In this document: positions 50,770 to 60,015 of the stretch, one piece after another
How positions within the stretch are numbered: the first letter of the stretch is position 1
Layout: every line of letters begins with the position of its first letter
Notes under the pieces: model-generated
Told to the model about the DNA's origin: nothing
Seen by the model: the letters and a program-made list of their open reading frames with translations, nothing else
The model's database searches: none
Assembly (NCBI RefSeq): GCF_001194135.2
Contig: NC_068987.1
Coordinates: forward strand, 43,086,625-43,146,639
Reading direction: 5' to 3'
Origin: Octopus bimaculoides
Taxonomy: Eukaryota
DNA length: 60,015 bases
Translations under genes and position numbers: made by a program

Positions 50770-51381
50770 TCCCTTATTCTATCAATTCTCGTGTCCCCAA
50801 GGATCAGTTTTGTACCCCTCCCTCTCCTTACTGTACATCCAACAAACCCACTATTGCACAGACGACACAATTCCATTCCTCCCTAATATTCCCCAACCAA
50901 ACACCATCCACTCGAAATCTAGCCACCACAATGATTCCATGAAAAGAGAACTCCAGAGCATCCTCCAATGCGGATATGCTAATGTTGTCTCTTTCAAAAA
51001 CAAAATACAAACGCTACTCATATCAGGAAAGTGTCATTAAACCAACCCTTTAATCATGCGCAACACTCAGCTAGCGCTCTCACAATCGCTCTAGTTGTAG
51101 GGTAACCAGGAAGAGCAACACAAATATTTCCCCAATTGAATATTAGAAGATACTCCATTCTCAAAATATTGTATACTCTAGAAAGCTAAGATGTGGTCCA
51201 CAATGGAGCATTGCTCTCACATTTGGAATACTGCTGCTGCTGGACACAGATATCCTAGATCGCATCCAAAAAAAGAACCACTTGATTGATTGGCATAAAG
51301 TCACAAGAAGACACGTTCCAGCTTCTGGTCCACAGGTGCACTGTCCCTCTCTGTAGGAAATACCGTTACTATAATGGTATC
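50770..51381 (+). mobile_element. Degenerate non-LTR RT C-terminal remnant (CR1/Jockey-like); continues after 53296
   Basis: cgtgtccccaaggatcagttttg (GVPQGSVL-like), gcagacgac (ADD) and later cacatttgg...ctagatcgcatccaa (HIW...LDRIQ). Confidence 0.55.
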
Positions 51382-53296
51382 TGTAGTGAAACTACCTATC
51401 GTCTCTAACACCTCGATCGCCATTACATACAAAACTACCTACCGCCATTAGATACAAAACTGCTATCGCCATTCTTCTCATTTAAATATAAATAAACGCG
51501 GGCGTAGCAGAGAACCCATTCCTTGTCATCACGTGACTGATTAATATTCGAAGCGGCAACTTCTTCGANNNNNNNNNNTAAATATAAATAAACGCGGGCG
51601 TAGCAGAGAACCCATTCCTTGTCATCACGTGACTGATTAATATTCGAAGCGGCAACTTCTTCGAACCTTTCCCGCCAGAACGCAAACTGACCAATCACAG
51701 CCCTTAATAAGGTCACGTGATAGTGTTTTTCTACTACCGTCTGTGAGCCGATAATTCGCTATAAATGAGCAACTCATACGCACCAAATTTGTCTCGGTCC
51801 AGTTTCTCTTTGAGATCTGTTCCGTGTACCACACGACAGCAGCAGCAACAATCAGCCAGCGACCACTTCAACAGCTTCGTCCAGCCAACGATGACCACCG
51901 CCGTCNNNNNNNNNNNNNNNNNNNNNNNNNNNNNNNNNNNNNNNNNNNNNNNNNNNNNNNNNNNNNNNNNNNNNNNNNNNNNNNNNNNNNNNNNNNNNNN
52001 NNNNNNNNNNNNNNNNNNNNNNNNNNNNNNNNNNNNNNNNNNNNNNNNNNNNNNNNNNNNNNNNNNNNNNNNNNNNNNNNNNNNNNNNNNNNNNNNNNNN
52101 NNNNNNNNNNNNNNNNNNNNNNNNNNNNNNNNNNNNNNNNNNNNNNNNNNNNNNNNNNNNNNNNNNNNNNNNNNNNNNNNNNNNNNNNNNNNNNNNNNNN
52201 NNNNNNNNNNNNNNNNNNNNNNNNNNNNNNNNNNNNNNNNNNNNNNNNNNNNNNNNNNNNNNNNNNNNNNNNNNNNNNNNNNNNNNNNNNNNNNNNNNNN
52301 NNNNNNNNNNNNNNNNNNNNNNNNNNNNNNNNNNNNNNNNNNNNNNNNNNNNNNNNNNNNNNNNNNNNNNNNNNNNNNNNNNNNNNNNNNNNNNNNNNNN
52401 NNNNNNNNNNNNNNNNNNNNNNNNNNNNNNNNNNNNNNNNNNNNNNNNNNNNNNNNNNNNNNNNNNNNNNNNNNNNNNNNNNNNNNNNNNNNNNNNNNNN
52501 NNNNNNNNNNNNNNNNNNNNNNNNNNNNNNNNNNNNNNNNNNNNNNNNNNNNNNNNNNNNNNNNNNNNNNNNNNNNNNNNNNNNNNNNNNNNNNNNNNNN
52601 NNNNNNNNNNNNNNNNNNNNNNNNNNNNNNNNNNNNNNNNNNNNNNNNNNNNNNNNNNNNNNNNNNNNNNNNNNNNNNNNNNNNNNNNNNNNNNNNNNNN
52701 NNNNNNNNNNNNNNNNNNNNNNNNNNNNNNNNNNNNNNNNNNNNNNNNNNNNNNNNNNNNNNNNNNNNNNNNNNNNNNNNNNNNNNNNNNNNNNNNNNNN
52801 NNNNNNNNNNNNNNNNNNNNNNNNNNNNNNNNNNNNNNNNNNNNNNNNNNNNNNNNNNNNNNNNNNNNNNNNNNNNNNATAGCATGACAGTGCCAGAACT
52901 TTTCCTATAGTGTACTAAAGAACTGGTATAATTGCTCACGTGTTATTGACTCTCTTTCCATCTGCTGTAATAACTCACACACATGTATCACTCACATACA
53001 CACTTTTCTTTGTATGACGGCCTGTCTTTGATTATGTTCTTATATGTCGCATTCACACTCTCACACAGACATACATCTTTAACGCTACAATAAATATCTC
53101 TGTTATTCATCTTATACGGTTGTGGTCTTTCATTACTGGTCACATATGTTATCGTAGCATAACATATCATGTATATCATCTTTGTGATATATTATTTTGT
53201 GTTCGACCGTGTGACACGTTTAAATAAAAGGAGTGCTCTGTTTTTTCCATTCGTCACCATTTCTCCTTTTATGAGTTCGCACGGTCGTTCCTTACA
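51382..53296 (+). mobile_element. Solo LTR (~1.9 kb including gap) with 4-bp TSD
   Basis: Starts TGTAGTG and ends CCTTACA, flanked by TATC on both sides (51378-51381, 53297-53300); CCAAT 51691, CACGTG 51714, TATAAA 51760. Confidence 0.88.
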
Positions 53297-54402
53297 TATC
53301 TATCTCGGAGATGGCTGGGCATTCTTGACCTACTCAGGCATTCCTGTCCTACTCATCTCTCCCAGAGACTCCATGGAATAGATCGCTGAGCTGATTGACA
53401 TGTTATAATCAATGAAGAGAGTAGAGCTGACATTGTTAGAGAATTTCCGCTTTTGGCTCAACTTTATACTAGAAACGAATTTGACGAATGAAATAAAGTT
53501 TAACAGTCCTGGTTAAAACTGTAATTAATGTTTCTATAGCTAGTGTATGAAAAGCTAGTGGTAGAAAAATCACAATACATTTCCCTACATGACAGTCAAT
53601 GTTTGGGAGACTTATCCAAAAATACTAAAGAAAATATGTGTATGTTGGTGTGCATACGAATACGCACGCACACACACACACACACAGACACACACACACA
53701 CACACACACATTAAATAAGTATTAGTGAGGCTAAGAATTTTGAATGGAATTTTCAGGAGAGAGCAAATCATTTGTAAATTAGAACGCGAGTAAAATGACT
53801 TGTGGAGAGAGAGTGAGAGGGAGGTAGTCAAGTGAGTTTCAGAGAGTGTGTGCATGTATATCTGTGAATCAATAAAAGTATGTCTAAGACTGAATGAAGT
53901 CATAAATGCACATGTTTGAGCCGATTCAGCTTTCTCATGAGCCTTCAAGTGAAAGCAACGGAAGAAATGGCAGGTATAATTTCTCTATAGCTAGAAAGAT
54001 GTATGTTGAAAGTGTGAAGGTGAGTTTTCTTTTTGCCTGTGTTCATGTATGAGTTAGAATGCATGTAAAAAAATATAGAAAATAGGTATTTAATGTAATC
54101 AAAAACAAAATACACGTGCAAAAATAAATTAAATGTATTTTTACACATGAAGCATAGAAAATAACAAAATGAGAAAAGAGAAAGACAAATTTCTGTAAAA
54201 ATATGTCTTTTCTACTCTACTTAAATATTTGTTGATATGCAAAAATTGCAAATTACAAAAAAGTCATGGAAACATTCCTAATCGTGAATAAAAATATTTC
54301 ACCGAAACTTATAATTTACCACTTTGTTTATGTATGAAGAAGTGTTAGCAAATAAATTTCACGGAAACGTTACATTAATATTGGAGACAACATTTTGCGC
54401 TA

Positions 54403-54600
54403 GCAGAGCTGTTAGCATGCCAGAAAAAAATGCTTAGCTGCATTTTGTCCGTTCTTACGTTCTGAGTTCAAATTCCGCGCCAAGGCTGACTTTGCCTTTC
54501 ATCCTTTCGAGGTCGATAGAATAAGTACCAACTGAGTACTGGGATCAATGTAGTCGAGTTACCTCTCCCTACAACTTGCTGGATTTGGCCAGAATTTGGA
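54403..54600 (+). mobile_element. SINE (Meta-domain-like family)
   Basis: gttctgagttcaaattccgc...gactttgcctttcatcctttcgaggtcgatagaataagtacc; same family as 1425-1570. Confidence 0.75.
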
Positions 54601-55499
54601 ACCATTATTATAAAGAAAATAGAATTCCCCCTTTTAACGTCATAAGAATTAAAAAACTTCAAGAACATGAAATAATTCTTTTTTTCTATAACGGTGAATC
54701 TGTTCATCGCCTGTCATAAATATAACTAATATACATATATTCACAAATGTGCAGCTGGAATGTTCAGCAGTCAGATCTCTACACCCGATGTCATGATTTG
54801 CTAGAATATTACCCAACAAAATCTGGCCAACCATGACACCGCTTGAAATAGGCTCCACTGACGATTTCATCTTTTAGCGCATTTCTTTCTAACCATCAGT
54901 ATAAATTTGGCACACTCTGACTACTTGACAGAGAGTTTTGAAATGCAGCAGAGAGAACACTGACAGACACCATAGGAGATGACCAACAGAGATGGCGGAG
55001 AGCAGCTGACAATACAGAGGCAATGAACAGTCGGAGAACGAAATACATTAGGAGTTCGTAACACGGAAAGCAGCTTACCACATTTTAACTGCTGCTACAA
55101 CTACACCAAGAACAGTACTCTCTCAACATTTTGTCGTTCGTAGTAACGACAGTGCTTTTTTGTGTACGGTAAGAATAACATTTTATTGATCAAAAAGTGC
55201 AATAGATTTCATCGTTGTCGTCTTCATTCAAATATGAGAGCTTTTATGTGGTTATTCAGCCTGCCGAAAATAGCAGCCAAGTCTTCTTCAAATCAGAACA
55301 ACATATAATGATTTTTAAAAAGTGACAGATTTTATCATCTACAGCCTCTTTGATTCTGCACGGGACATTTGTGTAAAGAGAGGAGCTGAGCTAGTAACTG
55401 ATCACTATCTCGTTGTTTGCAACCTGAGACTGTACGTAGCAGAGAGAACTCACTAAAGTAGTAAGTCCAGTATGACTTACAGGATAAAGCGGGAAGCCC

Positions 55500-55910
55500 T
55501 GGTGGTTGATGGGATCAGAAACAAATATGCAGACACTATTGCATCCAAATTCAGAAGCTGTCCAGAACAAACTGAGGACATTGAAACGGAAGACTAACCA
55601 CAGAGGTTGAAAGCCATAGAGGCGATTAAAGCACTCAAGGTTGCTGGAAAGGATGAAATGTGGCTTGAAATGTTAAACAAACTTAAATAGAGAGGCATTC
55701 TCTGACTCGTGTATTCCAAGTGGCTTCCTCTAAAAAGATACTAAAGTAATGGCTATCTGAAGCAAAAATCCACTTCTTTAAAACGAGAGATAAGCATCTC
55801 CTTGTTGAATCTCCCCAATAAAGATTACGCTAGATGTCTGGAAATAAAAGATGGGGAAATAATCGAGCCCAAGCTAACTGAGGAACACTGTGGCTTCCAT
55901 CCTGTTTAAC
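55500..55910 (+). mobile_element. Degenerate RTE-like RT fragment
   Basis: Remnants resembling K..G.D.I..EML and IEPKLTEEHCGFHP. Confidence 0.5.
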
Positions 55911-56202
55911 TAAAAACATTTATTTAAAAAATATATTTTATTTCATAACATGCAAATTTAGGAAATATATTATAAAATATTTACATTTACTTATATGACT
56001 ACCCTATAGGGGGTTCCTATAAGGTTATCCACCCCTGATTGGAACTCTCCCGTATGACATGTACGCATGCTCAGTGATTTGCTTTAACTTCCGCAGATAT
56101 GTTTCTTTATATATATATATATTAATAAGGGTAGAAATTGATACTAATCAATTAGAACCAGTGGTCTAGCATATTAAAAAAATCCGCAGATTAAAATTAT
56201 AT

Positions 56203-56334
56203 TACATGCAAAAATAAGAGGAATGAGCAGCAAAAGTGGACTCCTATATGCTAGAAATAGATGCCGATTCGGCATCTATTTCTAGCATATAGGAGTCCAC
56301 TTTTGCTGGTCATTCCTCTTATTTTTTGTATGTA
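56203..56334. repeat. Near-perfect palindrome (65-bp arms, 1-nt loop)
   Basis: Centre ...gaaatagatgccga-t-tcggcatctatttc... at 56268; about 2 mismatches and 1 indel overall. Confidence 0.92.
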
Positions 56335-56464
56335 TATATATGTGTGTGTGTGTGTTTGATTAAATAATAAATTTACAGCATTGAATCTAATATTCCTCTA
56401 ATTATTAAACTTTATAGTGTGACTGTCCCTACCTCTACTACACCTCATCATGCTCATGGCCAAA

Positions 56465-56744
56465 TCAGTGAATGGTTGCTGAAAGCAGATTGGGATCAGG
56501 CAATACTTCACCGAGAAGAGATATAAGCTTCTGCTTATTCCTGTCTGAAGTATCGTCCGATACTTCAGACTTATCGTCCGAGGAATTTACTTTGTTGACA
56601 TTCTTCATCGACAGAATTTTTATACCTTTCAATCAAGTCCGCCTTTCTTCCAGTAACATACTGTCCATATAATCTTAAATATTTCTTTAACTCAGCCACA
56701 GTAAGTACTTCGATAGCTGAATCATCGAGCTGCTTTATATCCAT
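56465..56744 (-). pseudogene. Frameshifted SAP-domain ORF (probably transposon-derived)
   Basis: ATG 56744: MDIKQLDDSAIEVLTVAELKKYLRLYGQYVTGRKADLIER; the shifted frame continues GIKILSMKNV...LLGEVLPDPNLL. Confidence 0.65.
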
Positions 56745-57150
56745 GATAAGACGTAAAACAATAACAATAGCGTGGATAGTCTGCGGAAGTTTAATTGTCT
56801 ACATGGAGCGCCGCCTAGCCAAGGGAGATAACCTACTTATAGGTAAGCTCTTATAGCTAAGGCACTTTTAGATCTATTCAATTTGACGGCCAGATTTTTT
56901 TATTAATTTTTTAAACTAAATACTTTGAAACTTCGGATACTGGTAGAATGTGTCACATAGAACAAGATTTACTCTTAACATTTTTGACAAAATTTTGTAT
57001 TTTAGAAGTTATTTTGTGTTAAAGTTGTCGTATTTGGGTAATTTTAACCAATCAATGACATGTATTCAGCTGAAGAAAATTATTGCTGCTGTTTGCGAAC
57101 AACTTCTGGGTCCATTAAGAAAATGATGATACACACACACACACACACAC

Positions 57151-58143
57151 ATTAATAATAGGCAGAAATTACAGTGTGACAATGGCCAAATTCGTGTTTG
57201 ATAAGTGCCGATGATATATATACATACATATGTGTGTAAAAAAAACTCTCATCACGCAATCGAACCAATGAAAGAGCTTCTTCCTGGTCGCTCGACACAC
57301 TAAAAATAGCAGCCAAAGTACCCCCCTACCTAAATCACACGCCCATTGTACGTAATGTCCTAGATTATTCCTAAAAAGATGGTCTGCTGAAGGCTGGAAT
57401 GTCTTTGATGATAGGTTTGCTGTATCAGGGTTGATTTGAGGCTAAATAACAAAAAAATTATGGTCCTTAGTGAAAACATCAATGGGGGTGGGGTGGAGGT
57501 GAAATTTCCGAGGCTTCCACCTAACCCCACCCCGTTTTTCGGACCCCAAAAATGGTTTTGTAGCATATTAGAAGGTCACAGAAATTCATTCAACGGAAAA
57601 AAAATTTCCAATGATTCCGGGATGGAGGTGGGGCGGCGCCCCCCCCNNNNNNNNNNNNNNNNNNNNNNNNNNNNNNNNNNNNNNNNNNNNNNNNNNGGAT
57701 TTGCAGCATATTAGGAGGTCAAGGTATTTGATTCCACGCATAAAATCCAAGTTTGTTTTTTTTTTTTTCTTAGGGAAAATCGTGCGGGTGTTAATATAGA
57801 AATTTACCATAATTTTGTTGTTATTTAGCCTCAAATCAACCCTGATACAGCAAACCTATCATCAAAAACATTCCAACCTTCAGCAAACCATCTTTTTAGG
57901 GATAATCTAGGACATTACGTATAATGGGCGTGTGATTTAGGTAGGGGGATACTTTGGCTGCTATTTTTAGCGTGTCGAGCGACCAGGAAGAGGCTCTTTC
58001 ATTGGTTCGATTGCGTGATGAGAGTTTTTTTACACATATATGTATGTATATATATATCATCGGCATATATGTATATATATCATTGGCACTTATCAAACAC
58101 GAATTTGGCCATTGTCACTCTGTAATTTCTGCCTATTATTAAT
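57151..58143. repeat. Inverted duplication with ~315-bp arms around a GC-rich spacer containing a gap
   Basis: 57151-57464 is the reverse complement of 57806-58143 (about 10 substitutions plus one small duplication); the arms include a SINE 3' half and unique flank. Confidence 0.85.
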
Positions 58144-58159
58144 GTATGTGTGTATACTA

Positions 58160-58450
58160 GGAAGGTGTTCATAAAAGAGAGTCCATTACCAGCACAGAAA
58201 TCTAGTAAGGCCTCTCCATTCGTACTGAGTTCAGGGTTGCCGTTCCTCCGAATCATTCCTTTCTACATCTGGTGATTAGTGCCAACATGTACATAGAAGT
58301 CTCCTTGTAGGACAAAGGACATGGTCTGGTTGCATTTAAAATTACAGTGATTTCCTCAGGGAAGGATTTGAATTTGGCTTTGTTGTTTGATGCATAACAG
58401 TGACAGCGGTCCTTCCTTCAGATTAAGCTCCAGGAGCAATTGTGTAGCTG
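58160..58450 (-). mobile_element. Degenerate apurinic-like endonuclease fragment of a LINE (RTE-like)
   Basis: VLQGDFYVHVG...NGEALLDFCAGNGLSFMNT resembles GDFNAHVG...NG..LL.FC..N.L.I.NT. Confidence 0.7.
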
Positions 58451-59168
58451 ATAGGGAGCGAGTACTCCCCACGAGCACATTTTTCAAAATTGGCGCCTTT
58501 TCAACCACTTTTAAAAAGCTCTTTAGTTTATTTGTGCGATAAAAATCGAATCACTTTTTATAATTGCATGGCCTTGGAAGAACGTCCTGGAGAAATTACT
58601 TTATTTGACCAACTATCAGCTCAATTTCCTGTGATGTGTTGGTAGCCGCTAATATCTGGAACCAAAACAAACTCTGACGTCATAACTTCGCGGCACTGGA
58701 GTTTCATTTTTTCACGTCACGCCCATAGCAGTAGTTGTAAGTTTAATACACAATGACATGGTTACTGAGACATGAAATTATTGAATGTAGAATACAATTA
58801 TGTATGACATGAGTAAAATCATTTTTTCAACCATAGACAATTTCTTTATAGCAAATCGCCATGCCATTTGTATAAAATACATTAAAAGATAAATAATTTA
58901 TCGACTTCTCCTAATTAAGTACTTTCCTTAAAGAAATATTCACACTAGGGCATTAGAATACTGTAGCAAACAGTCTTCACACAGTATGCTTAGTTGGAAG
59001 GATTGATTTGGCTAGGCTGAGTATAGGTGTAGTGAATTTGCTGTGGAAAAAAACTCTCAGTTCCATGCCTCAGTTATAAAAAAAAGAAAAAATTGTGGAT
59101 CTCACACCCCACCACAATTTTCCCAGGCCCCACCGGTGGGGCGAATGCTCCACGTTAGGAATCCTCGA

Positions 59169-59851
59169 TGTATGTCATAACTAATGAAATAATTCGCGTA
59201 ATAATGTAAAATGAGAGAAAAGAGTTAAAAATTGCTTGGTATGTGTCACAGTGCCTTTTTTTATGTGTTCGCTCCCACTAATTTCAGAAACGGCCACACT
59301 GTTGTTCAGGAGGCAACCTTCCCGCTACTTGGTACAGGAGTTCTCGCAGGTTGTATTCGCTGTTAACCATGGTGAAGCAATTCACAAACAGTGTGGAGAT
59401 AGAACCTGTGCGAGCGTTGCTGATTGGTGTGTACATAGAGAAGTTGGTGTAGTTAAGAATGTGATGGTGGCGACGAAGATGGAGTTTGCCGTAAGCTGCT
59501 GGACGAAGTATCGAAGTGTCTCCATGTAGTTACTGTTGTGTCGTCGCTGGAACTGGCTGTGTGCTCTGTGGTTAGTGGCTAGACCTCAGATGGTCTGGAG
59601 CTGAACTGACATATGGGACGGTGAAAAGCTGGCTTTTATAATATACTGTCGGCGCAAACTGGGGTTCAGAAAAGACTGTCTTACGCGACCTTATCTGGAG
59701 GCTGCGATTGGTTGGGTTGCATCTTGGCGCGCAATAGAACAGGAGACAAAATGCGCCACTACCAACCAATTAGAGTGATGGACACAACAGGGTCCAAAGG
59801 TGCGGCCGAAGGCTAGCTGTTATCCACTACGTCCGTATCCATGTATATATA

Positions 59852-59886
<35 letters not shown>

Positions 59887-59982
59887 TATCCCTTAAAGCG
59901 TACGCGACAAACTTATTCTGGGAGGCGTGGGATGGGAGCACAAAGGATGCGTGTCCCAGACCCCAAAGCGGATCCAGGAAGT

Positions 59983-59986
<4 letters not shown>
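59169..59986 (-). mobile_element. LTR-like element related to the long LTR families
   Basis: gaccttatctggaggctgcgattgg...tggcgcg matches 38872-38916; TATA at 59633-59644 (minus); starts TGTTAC on the minus strand. No clean TSD. Confidence 0.55.

Positions 59987-60015
<29 letters not shown>

Noticed and set aside
51480-51665. Direct repeat of ~85 bp inside the solo LTR
   Set aside because: Identical sequence on both sides of a 10-N gap, typical of a contig-overlap artefact.
54780-55081. Minus-strand ORF that continues past a TGA (PNLY*WLERNALKDE...)
   Set aside because: No recognisable family, no SECIS evidence, and further stops follow; not supportable as readthrough or as an exon.
41796-60015. 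Search for ETFBKMT exon 2 (expected Y..DNP...VLD.G.G.G)
   Set aside because: No matching frame was seen; it is probably beyond the window or inside a gap, so it was not annotated.

Overview
Eukaryotic, AT-rich, repeat-dominated genomic DNA with about 20 N-gaps. The SINE families and the tandem C2H2 zinc-finger gene suggest a coleoid cephalopod, most likely Octopus (inference from recalled repeat families, no database search run). Two host genes are supportable and are oriented head-to-head: an 8-finger C2H2 ZNF coding exon (minus, 17980-18747) and the first coding exon of ETFBKMT/METTL20 (plus, 41500-41795). The rest is a nested transposon landscape: mariner, hAT, RTE LINEs, a Penelope-like element (RT + GIY-YIG), a CsRn1-type Gypsy element, non-autonomous LTR elements, long solo-type LTRs, SINEs and microsatellites. 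The most notable unannotated structure is (i) four type I hammerhead-ribozyme-like motifs with palindromic stem III, tied to Penelope sequence and to fold-back inverted repeats; (ii) a non-coding tRNA-Trp-primed LTR family with a multiplied PBS and an internal module shared with longer LTR families; (iii) a twin-priming-type inverted RTE; (iv) a frameshifted SAP-domain ORF missed by the ORF track; and (v) a high density of fold-back repeats. All alignments and identities were estimated by eye, and boundaries of old repeats are approximate.
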